From NCBI RefSeq assembly GCF_006345805.1, contig NC_043021.1, forward strand, positions 3,100,001 to 3,164,000: 64,000 nt of DNA. The letters run 5' to 3'. Positions 11,286 to 22,680 of this stretch are shown here, piece after piece. Every line of letters starts with the position of its first letter. Position 1 is the stretch's first letter. The position numbers and the translations under genes were made by a program. The stretch comes from Octopus sinensis (Eukaryota). The notes under the pieces are model-generated. The model saw only the letters and a list, made by a program, of their open reading frames with translations. It ran no database searches and was not told the DNA's origin.

Positions 11286-12417
11286 TACTAGCAAATCTAC
11301 CCATCTATGATGGCGGCATAAAATGAGGGAGGCAAGGCATAACAGCAGTATGTATTGAGAAATGTGTAAATGAACTTTGATAGATTACTGGGTGATGTCT
11401 TAGAGAAATCACCTTACTGTTGGTGATACAGCGTTCTATTGCAGTTATATGACGTGTTTGCAACTAATTGATATGTAATGATTATTCACACCCAAACTGA
11501 AATAGGCTACCAGTCCCTGTATCATGAATGGTTATGTGGACCACTCCTAATGAAAACAAGAGCTTCCTTCGACCACTTCATAAAAAGTATTAAGAAAGAA
11601 ATTGTAGATATACTTTTATTTTAGTTGTTTAGACTATTTTATGCTTGTTTATATTCTTATGCATTTGAAGTTCACAAATTTCTTTATTTAAATTGAGTCA
11701 TATTCCTTTCCCACAATATCAATATGATTACAAAACTTCTTTGTAGATGATATTTTCTGTTTGGTTGACACTAATTCTCAAGTTACTGGAGTCTGTTGCT
11801 CTACTCATAGCGACATATAACTGGCCGTGTGTAAACATTGGAGTGGGTAAAAATACACCCTACACAATCTAAAGTCTGGTCCTGTGCCTTGTTTGCTGTG
11901 AATGTGGGAGCGGAATCTTTAGGGTTGCAATAAATCAAACTAAAACTTCCCTGTCACTGTTCTATGCGAATAATGTCCCGAGGTCCTGGTACCATGGGTT
12001 ATTTTGATTGACAAAGCTGAGATGTAAACAACATTCACTTTGATTAGCCATTTCGAATCCTGCTCAAGACTGACACACTTCAATAACTACTATATACTGA
12101 CACACACCTCTTCCATTTTATTTTCATTATTAACTGTCCTTGCAACGCCCTTTGTATCTACAATGGAGCCATAAACTATACAATGAAAATCCAGAGTTGC
12201 TCATGGTTGGTTAATTTTTGATAAAAATGCGAAGGTGGTCTATCAATTGAAAAATCGATGTCCACGAAATAATCGTACTTTCTGATTTTCTAATGCTAAA
12301 AACCGTCCTGATGACTGTCTTTGTAATCACGAAAAATATTGTACCATTGGTTCAGCTGTCTGGCCGTGAAGTGGGAACAGACAGACAAACGGGCATAACG
12401 CCCCATTATAGTAAGAT
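11286..12417 (+). mobile_element. Non-autonomous Helitron/Helentron-like element (DINE-1/Lep1-like)
   Basis: 5' TACTAGCAAATCTACCCATCTATGATGG with an imperfect hairpin; 3' GACAGACAAAC...CCCCATTATAGTAAGAT. Confidence 0.6.
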
Positions 12418-12758
12418 AGCAAATCTGCCAACCTACGATGGGCAATAAAGGGATAGTTTTGCAAATCTAGGCCCTCTAAGTTCACAGACTATATGGGGCA
12501 GGGTAATCCAGAGTTATCCCTCATCGCCAGAATTTTAACAAAAACAAAAAATCAAAGATGATTTATTAATACAAAACTTAATATCCACTAAATAATCATA
12601 CTTTTTCACTACTTTTTTTTGTTTTTTCATTTTTGCTAAAAAACCTTCCTGATTACCTCCCTTGTAATCCTGAAAAACATTGTGACCACTGGTCCAGCTG
12701 TTTGACCATGAAGAAGGAACAGATAGCCAGATGGACATAACCCCCATTAGAGTAAGAT
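12417..12758 (+). mobile_element. Second, shorter copy of the same Helitron-like element, head-to-tail
   Basis: Starts TAGCAAATCTGCCAACCTACGATGG; the 3' ~160 bp repeat the end of the first copy, ending CCCCATTAGAGTAAGAT. Confidence 0.55.
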
Positions 12759-12769
12759 GTTCACACAGT

Positions 12770-13030
12770 TCAAGATTATCCTTATAGGTTCCATCCGTGG
12801 CGGAAATGTCCAGTTTGTTGGTTTCTTGTAGAGTTTCAAGGAATTCACTTGATGATCGTATATTGTATCTCTCTGGTATATATTCCTTTATTATACTATC
12901 TAGTTGTTTAGTAATTCTATTAGTGGGTGTATTGATTTGGAAGATTATAGGTCAGAGACAGTTATTTTGTTTGTTGTCTTAATAATGCAATAGATGTACA
13001 CAGGGCTAACTACTGCCACTGCTTACAATT
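12770..13030 (-). mobile_element. Penelope-like reverse transcriptase N-terminal remnant
   Basis: Minus strand reads PVYIYCIIKTTKQNNCL*PIIFQINTPTNRITKQLDSIIKEYIPERYNIRSSSEFLETLQ, matching the PLE RT G.PK.HK...LRPIISQI.TPT...K.L region. Confidence 0.7.
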
Positions 13031-13404
13031 AAAGATTGACCCTGTTTGAGCGTAAGCAGTGCCAATTAATTTGTTTGACTTCTACTTTAGCTCTGTTGCC
13101 TTTCCTGATTTCTATAAATTTACTGTTATTACTGTTATATACTTTTGTAATGTATTTGGTCTGTAATAAGAGGCTCTGTGTGTATGTGATACCACACACA
13201 CACCCACCGTCTCATTATGCCACCCTTCATAGTTTGTCAATCGGTTATCACCATTTTAGATCCTGGATTCTTCTTAACTTGAATGATTAAGTAAGCAGAA
13301 CTATCAAAAAGATGCACCAGCAACAGGTGTATTTTTTTAGAAAGAAATGAAAATAGATAAGATGGGAAACTAGATAGGTTCTAAGTCAGGAATTATTAAC
13401 TAAT

Positions 13405-13790
13405 TCCCCGTGTTGGTGGCACGTAAAAGCACCATCCGTTCGTGTCCGTTGCCAGCCTCGCCTGGCCCCCGTGCCGGTGACACGTAAAAGCACCATCCGT
13501 TCGTGGCCGTTTGCGAGCCTCGCCTGGCCCCCGTGCCGGTGACATGTAAAAGCACCATCCGTTCATGGCCGTTTGCCAGCTCCGTCTGGCACCTGTGCGG
13601 GTGGCACGTAAAAGCACCCACTACACTCACGGAGTGGTTGGCGTTAGGAAGGGCATCCAGCCGTAGAAACACTGCCAGATCTGACTGGGCCTGACGAAGC
13701 CTTCCAGTTTCACAGACCCCAGTTGAACCGTCCAACCCATGCTAGCATGGAAAACGGACGCTAAATGATGATGATGATGATGATGATGAT
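13405..13790 (+). mobile_element. Family B RTE-like 3' end with ~60-bp internal tandem units and (GAT)n tail
   Basis: About 3.5 units of GCACGTAAAAGCACCATCCG...; ends CCATGCTAGCATGGAAAACGGACGCTAAA(TGA)n. Confidence 0.85.
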
Positions 13791-14724
13791 ATGTGTGTGT
13801 GTATAATGGAAAAATTGACTGCTGGTATGAGTTGGATAGTGACATATTTATTTTGAAGAAAAAAAACTATGTGAGTCAGCATATATTAGCCAGAATTGTA
13901 GGTTAATGAAGAGCATTGAAAAATGATACTGCGTAGATTAAGTATTATGAGTGTGTATCATAAACACAGCGCATAAGGTCACATACAGAGTTTATATTAC
14001 GGTTCCCTTTACTCCCCCCGTTTAAAATCATTTCCTGAAGAGAATCCATATTTAGTAGATGAAATTGGGCTGTGGTGGCGGCAGCGGCAGATTTTAGCAA
14101 TCATTTTCACCCTTCTAACAGGAAGCGCCTGTTAATTAGGATATGATGTATAAAGGGTCTACGCATAGCTGTGTGGTAAAGAAGCTTGCTTTGCAACCAC
14201 ATTGTTTCCCGGTTCAATCCCACCGTGCGATACCTTGGTTAAGTGTGTCTTATGCCAGAGTTTTTAGGTCGATCAATACTTATTGGTGGAAACTGTACAG
14301 AAACCTGTTGTATTGTATAAAATAATAATCCCTGACTGGGAGCCACTGTCTGATACTGACTCCAAAAATGAGAACCGATGTAAGCAAGGGATGCAACAGG
14401 CTTGAAAACAGTTGTGAATCAGTGTAAGATAATCTAAAAAAATTTGGAAAAATTGGAGCAGGACATAATTTAACTAATGTGACCAGAATATAACTAGAAA
14501 ACAAAATTCACGTATAGCAAATTCAGCTAGGGTGTCTGTGTAATTAAATTTATTTCTGAGTGCTTAATTATCACTGAAATTCTGTAAGCAATACTGATAT
14601 TTGTCAAGAAACCATAAACTTTTGTACTGGATTTATGGTGCCATTTTTTTCTTCCTTACTCCATGAGGGAAGTTATTTTGAGCACTTCATATGCCACTGA
14701 CAACCTCTCGGTACCTTAGTGTGT

Positions 14725-14975
14725 GTGTGAGTGATTATTTTAATATTCTCTTTTCCCTTGCTTGCATGGGTCAATCTGAATTTCCTAAGGCTGATTTTCT
14801 ACAGCTGGATGACTTTCCTGTCACCAACTTGTTTCCAAGTAAGGTAATAAATATTTCCCCATAATCAGTCATGTTTTCTCAGAATATTGGAAATGAATGA
14901 CGCTGCTTGTATGACAGTGATACTCATTTACAACCATCATGTAATGTCAAATCAAGGAGACACAAACATACAGTC
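14725..14975 (-). mobile_element. Family E SINE 3' part
   Basis: TTCCAAGTAAGGTAAT...GGAAATGAATGAC...TTTACAACCATCA. Confidence 0.65.
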
Positions 14976-15003
14976 TCTATATGCCTGTCTATGTCTCTTT
15001 ATT

Positions 15004-15038
<35 letters not shown>

Positions 15039-15079
15039 CAAAAAATATTAGTGCTCCAGAATATTGGTAATTTCTTCTC

Positions 15080-15290
15080 TGTATACTGCAGATGCACCAT
15101 CATAACAACACCAGGATCAATCTATACGTTTTCCCACGACCCAGCTGGAGCTTCTTTAGTAAACTAACTACTGCTTTTGTTTTCAGCTTTGTCACAATAG
15201 CCTTAGAGCCACACACTGTTGCTATGTTGCTGAGAAAAAGCAGCTCATGGATATACAGAAAATTCTGCTTAATTTACAGGTGGATAGGCC
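15080..15290 (-). mobile_element. Possible degraded hAT transposase fragment
   Basis: Minus strand has an open stretch (FLYIHELLFLSNIATVCGSKAIVTKLKTKAVVSLLKKLQL) followed after a frameshift by CCYDGASAV, like the hAT YDGAS motif. Confidence 0.3.
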
Positions 15291-15569
15291 AATTTGCATA
15301 TTTGTCTTAAACCTGCCTGAAACCGCCCCTAGCAATCTAAATTAAAACCTCCATCAAAATTTTGTGTCATTAGTTTATGCTCCAAACATACATCAATTAA
15401 TCCTCCAAATAGCATCTATCTAGAACATTCTGTTCACACCTCTCAAAAAAATGTACTATTATCTTTTGAAGATAGATTTAGTAACTGAGATTTAAATATT
15501 CCTAAATTGATTGTTATAGTTCAACTTTGATCAAAAGTATTTCAGATGTGACCATCATCATCATCATCA

Positions 15570-15605
<36 letters not shown>

Positions 15606-16524
15606 CTCTCTCTCAGTGTCTCTTCCTGCTTTTTTTAATTGAAGTAGGGTATGATTTGAGGAAGATATAGCTGCTGTAGCAACCTAATAGAGTTCTGTCA
15701 TTGGTTTACTTTTATACTGTGTTTCCAAGTCAGTGGTGCCAAAGGTGTAAATAGTTCCTTTAGCATATCTTTGATGCCATTTTCTTATATGATTCCAGTG
15801 AGCTTCTATTCTCTTAATACTTTCCTTGCAATGTCAGTAAATAAGTATTACATTTGATAGAATAATCTGAATGCTAAATAAAGGGTTGAGTTTCTTCTTA
15901 GATTCTATACTGGACACCTTTTCAACCCCTACCTTAATACTGAACTTATAGTCCATCATATCGAGGTTTTTCTGGTCTTGCTTTTCCCAATCAAAAATAA
16001 CAAAGTAATTATACCTTTGCTTTCAATTTTCATGTTTTTCTTGGCAACATTACACACTGACCTTATGAGCCAATGATGCAGGTTTAGTGTCCAACAAAGA
16101 ATGTGCTACTGTTTAAATTTGTTGGGAAATAGATACCATTTCATCATCAGAATCTAACTTACTGTAAGACTGGTTTGCTGCTAAAGCTGTATGGTCCAGT
16201 TTCTCTTGTGAAAAAAAGGAGCAGTGAACAGTAAAATTTGATTGTAAAATATTGAACGATAAATTTCATTTGAAAAACATTGCTAAAACAAGACTAGTTA
16301 TACGAGAACTTCTAGTAACTAGAACATGAATTTTTTCACCGCTTGTATGAGAAAAAGAGAAAGAAAAAGAGTTTGTGTTAATGAGTAAGTTTTGGCTGGT
16401 TTGTTTACATATCTAAAAATTCATTAGAAATAACGAGAACTTGAAACTCTTTTTCGTTACTGAGGTCATCCAGGATACCAGTTTATGTTTTGCAATGTGT
16501 TAGTTCATTGCTATCTGAGTCTCA

Positions 16525-16760
16525 TTATCATCATCATCGTTTAACATCCGTTTTCCGTGCTAGCACGGGTTGGACGATTCGACCAGGGTCTGGGAAGCCA
16601 GAAGGCTGTACCAGGCTCTAGTCTGATTTGGCAGTGTTTCTACAGCTGGATACTTTTTACGTACCACCAGCACAGAAGCCAGTCAAGGTGGTGCTGGCAT
16701 CAGCCACATTCGGATGGTGCTTTTTACGTGCCACCTGCACAGGTATCACAACTACAATTT
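16525..16760 (-). mobile_element. Family B 3' end, diverged
   Basis: CATCATCATCGTTTAACATCCG...GGATGGTGCTTTTTACGTGCCACC. Confidence 0.75.
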
Positions 16761-17519
16761 CCCTTTGTTTTTGTGTGTGTGGCGGGGGGCAGTGAAGAAG
16801 GGATGTGCCTTTATTTGGTTTATTTTCAATACATTTTAGTGCCTGTTTCCTTTTTGTTGTTCTCTGTATTAGTGTTTTGCATGTGTAACATATTAATGTC
16901 TCTCACCCCCACCATTCTATGTGTGTATTTCTGTATCAATCCAGTTCATTTTCACTACATTTTAACGTTTCAACCAAACTTATCTCTCTTGGTCTGTTTA
17001 TATGTATGTTCCCTTTGTGTGTGTGTGTGTATCTGCTGTCAGTGCCAAAACATCCATCACTAAGACTGGCTTGGCACCAAACAGCCATACCAAATTGCCA
17101 GTAGCCAAACAACTGTGTCCTGTCATCCCATTCCACAGAGGATGACATGGAAATAAGTTCTTAGATCTCAGAATCTTTGGTTTCACAGACAAGATGACAA
17201 ATGATCAGAACAAATTGCAACAGATTGTACCAGACCTGTCCAACACATGCAACTATTGCAGAATGATAAAACTGGATATTTCTCTAGTCAATGGTGAAGA
17301 AAGAACAGTTCCTATCTTTTGAAGAGTAATAGTGTTTTGCTTAGATGAAGGCATGGCTGTGTGGTAAGAAGCTTGCTTCCCTTCACTGTTTCATATTCAG
17401 TCTTGCTGCATGACACTTCAGGCAAGTGTTTTCTATTATAGTCCGGGGCTAATCAAGGCCGTGTGTGTGTGTGTTATTCTCTCCTTGCTTTGAAAATGAG
17501 GTGTGTCCTTTGTTTCTGA

Positions 17520-17680
17520 TCTTCTATGAAAACATCTTGCCATGGGGAAAATATCTTACTTGAAAATAGGTGAAGGTTGGCAACAGGAAGGGCATCCTGC
17601 CATAGAAAATCCACTGCAACAAATCCTGTCCCACCCATGTAAGCAAGGAAAAGTGGACCTTAAAATGATGATGAGCTTTA
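17520..17680 (+). mobile_element. Family E SINE 3' part
   Basis: GGGGAAAATATCTTACTTG...AGGAAGGGCATCC...GGAAAAGTGGACCTTAAAATGATGATG. Confidence 0.65.
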
Positions 17681-18250
17681 GTATTGAAAAGCACTTCACC
17701 ACCTCTTAACATCATCATCATTATCAATTGACAATGTTACACAATTGAATTATATTCTCAGAACATCAGCTTTCTGTTTCAGTTCTGTATCGCTTAATAT
17801 GAGATGAGAGGAAAGTCCAAATTAGATAAAGTTTATTTGCTGTGAGGGGTGTAGAGTTTGGAGTTATTCCTTGCCCTTCATTTTAAGAGTAACAAAAGCG
17901 GGGAACATGGCTATTGTTGATTAAGCTGGAGGCTATTGATAGTAAAATTCACTCTAATTATATCCTACTTCTACCTCGTGTACCTCCCACTTTCAACTCA
18001 AATCACCTTTTCATAACTTCCATGTGATAATTGTTCTAGTCTCTCTGAATATAGCAGTTAAATATATCTTAAATCACATTCTATCATCTTAAAAGGACAC
18101 TTGATAAAATTGTCCTAGATAAGATTGTCTGAATAAAAAATAGGATGATCATTGCTGAAGGTTGTTTTTGTTGAGGTCCACATAATCAGAGCTGACTTTG
18201 AGGCAAGCAACAATAACAATCACTCTTTCACTTTCTCTCCCCCCCCCAAC

Positions 18251-18665
18251 TCTCTTTACTCTTTTACTTGTTTCAGTCATTTGACTGCAGCCATGCTGGA
18301 GCACCACCTTTAGTCGAGCAAATCGACCCCGGGACTTATTCTTTGTAAGCCCAGTACTTATTCTATCGGTCTCTTTTGCCGAACCGCTAAGTGACGGGGA
18401 CGTAAACACACCAGCATCGGTTGTCAAGCAATGCTAGGGGGACAAACACAGATACACAAACATATACACACACACTTATATATATATATATACATATATA
18501 CGACAGGCTTCTTTCAGTTTCCGTCTACCAAATCCTCTCACATGGCATTGGTTGGCCCGGGTCTATAGCAGAAGACACTTGCCCAAGATGCCACGCAGTG
18601 GGACTGAACCCGGAACCATGTGGTTGGTTAGCAAGCTACTTACCACACAACCACTCCTGCACCTA
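18251..18665 (-). mobile_element. Family A SINE, full length, young
   Basis: Reverse complement of the 6016 copy along its length. Confidence 0.9.
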
Positions 18666-18719
18666 TGTAAATGTTTTTTTTTTTTCTCTTACAGTAACAA
18701 TATCAAAGCACACCATTGG

Positions 18720-19030
18720 TTCTGACTGTTAGGGTTCCGGTTGATCCAATCAACAGAACAGTCTGCTTGTTGGATTAACGTGCAAGTGGTTAAGCACTCT
18801 ACAGACACACGTACCCTTAACTTAGTTCTCAGGGAGATTCAGTGTGACACAGAATGTGACAAGGCTGTCTCCTTCAATTACAGACGCAGCACATTTTTGC
18901 CAGCTGAGTGGGCTACAGCTATGGGAAATAAAGTGTTGTGCTTAAGGACACAACATGCCACCAGGTGTCAAACACTTGACCATATGACCATGAGTCGAAT
19001 ATCCTTACCGCTATGCCATGCACCACATGA
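18720..19030 (-). mobile_element. Family D tRNA-derived SINE
   Basis: GATCCAATCAACAGAACAG...GGAGATTCAGTGTGACACAG...AAGGACACAAC; homologous to 45420-45930. Confidence 0.7.
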
Positions 19031-19417
19031 TTTCTTTAGATGCTGTGCAAAGCCAGCTTTTATGAGAGGAAATTACAATGAATGAAATTAACATTCAGTA
19101 ATTTGTTTACTTATTCTATCTGCCCTGTAAGGCAAAATTCACACCAGCAGGATTTAATCTTACTTGATACCAACTCAGATAGGAAGGATTCTGGTTCTAT
19201 GATATCAGAAATCCTGTTTTTCAAATGTTCATATTTAAATGTAAACCTATTACCATAATTTTATATACTGAACCTTTCTTTGAGGTATATTTCTAAATAT
19301 CAACTTGATAATGAAAAAGTAGTCATTTTACTAAATTCTTGACTATCTTCTGTATTAGTTGTCACTTAATTACTAGTCAAGTGGTCTGCCATTTCTGTTA
19401 ACTAACCCCTCTCTTAA

Positions 19418-19632
19418 CCCCTTAGCATTCAGATTACTTAGTCAAATGTGATGCTTGGGTATTCACATCGTTTTAAATTAATCAGGCATCATTTCATAGC
19501 TTTGAGATTATGTGATTGTTTATTTTTAAAATGATGCTGTAGGGTGAGTGGGAAAGGCCAGATCTGATAAGTTTGGGGATAAAAACAGGTAGAATATTTT
19601 GGTTGGATATGACTGGTTTAAATGCTAAAGCA
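19418..19632. mobile_element. piggyBac-like MITE family 1
   Basis: TTAA-CCCCTTAGCATTCAG ... AAATGCTAAAGCA-TTAA. Confidence 0.8.
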
Positions 19633-20196
19633 TTAAGCCCATGAAAAAAGTTTCTACATGATCACTAAACCTAGAAATAGCAACCAAATCTTTCGCAATG
19701 CAGTCTTAATTAAATTGTCTCTGGAAAGGGAAAATGGTTATAGCTAAAGTCTTTTTCAGAATGATTGAGGCAAAACAACAAAAACTAATTACCTTCACAA
19801 TCTCAGATCTTGGAAATTCCTTTTGCAGCCTGAGGAGTCAGTTGTTATCTTTAACTTCTTTGTGGTAAATGCTACAACTGATAAAAAAGTGGCCAATGTA
19901 GTCATCTCACTGCCCAGCACTTGAGATATATATGTGTGTGTCTGTGTGTCCAACTATCTTCATTACAATCCAGTCCAGCACTTTCTTTGCCGTAGTTGCT
20001 GCCAACTTTCAACCATTCCTTCTATCCTGTTCACTAGGGTTCTAGAGTCAGAGTTGGAGGATCAAAGTTGAAAGCAATTATTAGAGTCAACAAAAATATA
20101 TTGACTCAAACTAAATGGAAATTGCATTAAAATTTTCAATTTCGCTGATACTGATGTGATTGTTTACTGTACTGAAAATAATTAAATCAGATTTAA

Positions 20197-20401
20197 CCCT
20201 TTAAGCATTCAGATTATTACGTTAAATGTAATGCTTATTTATTCATTAAATTAACCATGCATTATTTCATAAATTTGAGATTTCAATGATGTGATAGTTT
20301 TATTCTTAAAATGACAGTGTAAGATATGTTGGAAAGGTTGGATCCGGTCAGTTTGAACATAAAATGGGTAGAATATTTTGGCTGGTTTAAATGCTAATGG
20401 G
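20197..20401. mobile_element. piggyBac-like MITE family 1
   Basis: TTAA-CCCTTTAAGCATTC ... AAATGCTAATGGG-TTAA. Confidence 0.8.
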
Positions 20402-21257
20402 TTAAGGGCATTTCTGAAGAAGGATCTGGGAAAAGCAATTCTGTTTTTTAAGATCAAGTTGTTAGCAAATTTTGGATTTAGGTTTTTGATAACCCCTATT
20501 CTGTAGATAAAATGTTTCTTTAATAAATTTTGAAGGGATAAACTTTTCAATATTTTGCAATATAAGATTTTTGTTTTTTGTATATATTTCACTTTACGCA
20601 ATCTTTCATGTTACCTTTACATAAATTTTATATTCAAACAATGCTTTTATCTTGGAAGGGGATGGTTATTGTATCCCACTGAGTTTATTTCCTGGCTTTG
20701 ATGTACTCTGAATTTTAGAACTTGTAAACAAAGATGTTCTTGTTTTTATGGTTTAATAAGTTATTTCTTTTATATCCTTCTGCTCTGTAGCTAGCTTTTA
20801 TATAAAAAATTATTTTTATAAATTTTCAAAGTGTTATCTTATGCGAACCAAATTTCTTTCTTGTACAGATCCAAACATGGGTAATGAAATCCTATACAAA
20901 AAAAAATGTCTCGTAGTTTAATATTCATTGAATTTTATTTAGTATCATAGTTTTGCTGGGTTTATTATGATGTTCAGGTATCCTAAAGAAGACTAAAATA
21001 AAAAGTTTCCAAAGGGACCACTAAACTATACCTTTGTAAACGTTCATCTGCTGTAAACAAGTTAACAGAGTGGAAATAATAGCTAGTGTCATTGATATAA
21101 GTATTCAATATTGTTTACTACAAACAACCTGAACTGCAACAGCGAAACTAGTAAAAGAGTAAAATTTATTCACAAACGTGAATTAGAAACTCTCGTTTCC
21201 AAGTGTGGAACCCTTATGTGCGAAACTATTATAAATGGCAATAACCAAGGTGTAAGT

Positions 21258-21521
21258 CATCATCATCATTGCTTTGGCATCATCCATTCTCCCAATGCTT
21301 GCATGGGTCAGGTGGAATTTGCTGAGGCAGACCATCTACAGCCAGTGGGCCTTCCTTTCACCAACCCTCACGTTTCCAAGCAAGGTGATATTTCCCCACA
21401 GTCAGGCATGTTTTCATAGATTCAGAAACAAAGGACGCCACTGTATGACTATGACATTTGTTTACAACTCTCATACAATGTAAGGACAAGGAGACACCAA
21501 CTCTCTCTCTCTCTCTCTCTC

Positions 21522-21570
<49 letters not shown>

Positions 21571-21810
21571 TACACACAGAGGGTAAATCATAAAATTTGC
21601 ATTACTTTCTGACTCGCCCTCATATATATACTGAAAAACATGTTTGTCATATGTATATATTGGGCTTCCGCTTTCCGTCTACCAAAGCCACTCACAAGGC
21701 TTTGGATTGCCAAGGGCTCAAGTTGCTATGCAGTGGGACTTGTTCCTCAAACTATATAGTTGAGAAGCAAGCCTCTCAACTATATGGCCATACCTGTGCA
21801 TGTATGTTTC
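21258..21810 (-). mobile_element. Family E SINE with internal (CT)n expansion
   Basis: Tail CATCATCAT at left, head TATGGCCATACCTGTGC at right. Confidence 0.65.
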
Positions 21811-21829
21811 AATACTGAAGCCATTAAAA

Positions 21830-22088
21830 ATATAGTATCACACCAAAATGAAATCCTCCTGGGTTGCTTTTAATGTACTTACCAAATTTTTTATTGAAAT
21901 GCATTGCCTTTAAGTTAATTTTGAAAATAATGAAGAGTTTAGTAAAATAACTTTTGTCATTATTACATTGATGTTTGGAACCTAAATTGACATGAAATTT
22001 TGATGGAAGGTTTTTGTTTAAATCACTTTAAAATGGAAAGTTTTTATCATTGAGCTAGAGTGATCTCAGGCATATTGGTATCAGAAGG
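21830..22088. mobile_element. Partial TTAA-MITE related to family 2
   Basis: TTTAGTAAAATAACT...ATTTTGATGGAAG core shared with family 2; ends GGTATCAGAAGGG-TTAA. Confidence 0.5.
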
Positions 22089-22119
22089 GTTAAATGATAT
22101 CCCGCTGACATGAATGAGA

Positions 22120-22680
22120 TTATTATTCTTTCATTCCTCTGGGGCAAATAAAATACTTGTCAAGTACTGGTGTCAATGTAATAGACTCCTCCAAAATTTG
22201 CTGGCCTTGTACCAAAATTTGAAGCCATTTAGGTGGTAAGCTTGCAAAATTGTGAGGTTGCTGGACATGTTGCTTAGCTATGTTTCTTTCAGTTCTTTAC
22301 AGCCTTCCTAGGTGAACTTTGCCTTTTGTCCTTTTGCGGTTGATAAAATAAAGTACTTGTTACATGCTAAGATCTAATGGTATCAATTAACCTTCTTCCC
22401 TAGAAACTGCTTCCCTTGTGCCTAAATCAAAAACTATTATCATTATTAAGGCAGTGAGCTGGTAGAATCGCTAGCACATGCTGGACTAAATGTTTAGTGG
22501 CATTTTGTTTGTCTTTACATACTGAGTTCAAATTCTGCTGAGGTTGACTTGGCTTAGCATCCATTTGGGATCAATAAAATAAGTACTAGTTGAGTACTGG
22601 GGTTGATGTAACTGACCAAACTCCTTTCCATAAAATTACAGGTCATGCGCCTATAATAGGAAAAACTATTATTGTTGTTA
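22120..22680 (+). mobile_element. Cluster of about 3 same-orientation family C SINE copies
   Basis: Repeated AAAATAAGTAC...GCCTTGTGCC modules; GGCAGTGAGCTGG head at ~22450 after ATTATCATTATT. Confidence 0.7.

Noticed and set aside
12832-12875. Plus-strand exon candidate (VSRNSLDDRILYLS) with good splice signals
   Set aside because: The opposite strand is a clear Penelope RT remnant, which explains the sequence.
15187-15279. Plus-strand 93-nt exon candidate (LCHNSLRATHCCYVAEKKQLMDIQKILLNLQ)
   Set aside because: The antisense strand has a longer open frame leading to a YDGAS-like hAT motif, so a transposon fossil is at least as likely. It is not fully excluded.
16557-17063. 168-aa ORF, the longest in the track
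   Set aside because: It is a chimera of a family B retroposon tail and low-complexity T/TG-rich sequence.
19760-19864. 105-nt open exon candidate
   Set aside because: Its acceptor lies within a degenerate dispersed repeat also seen at about 56870-57110.
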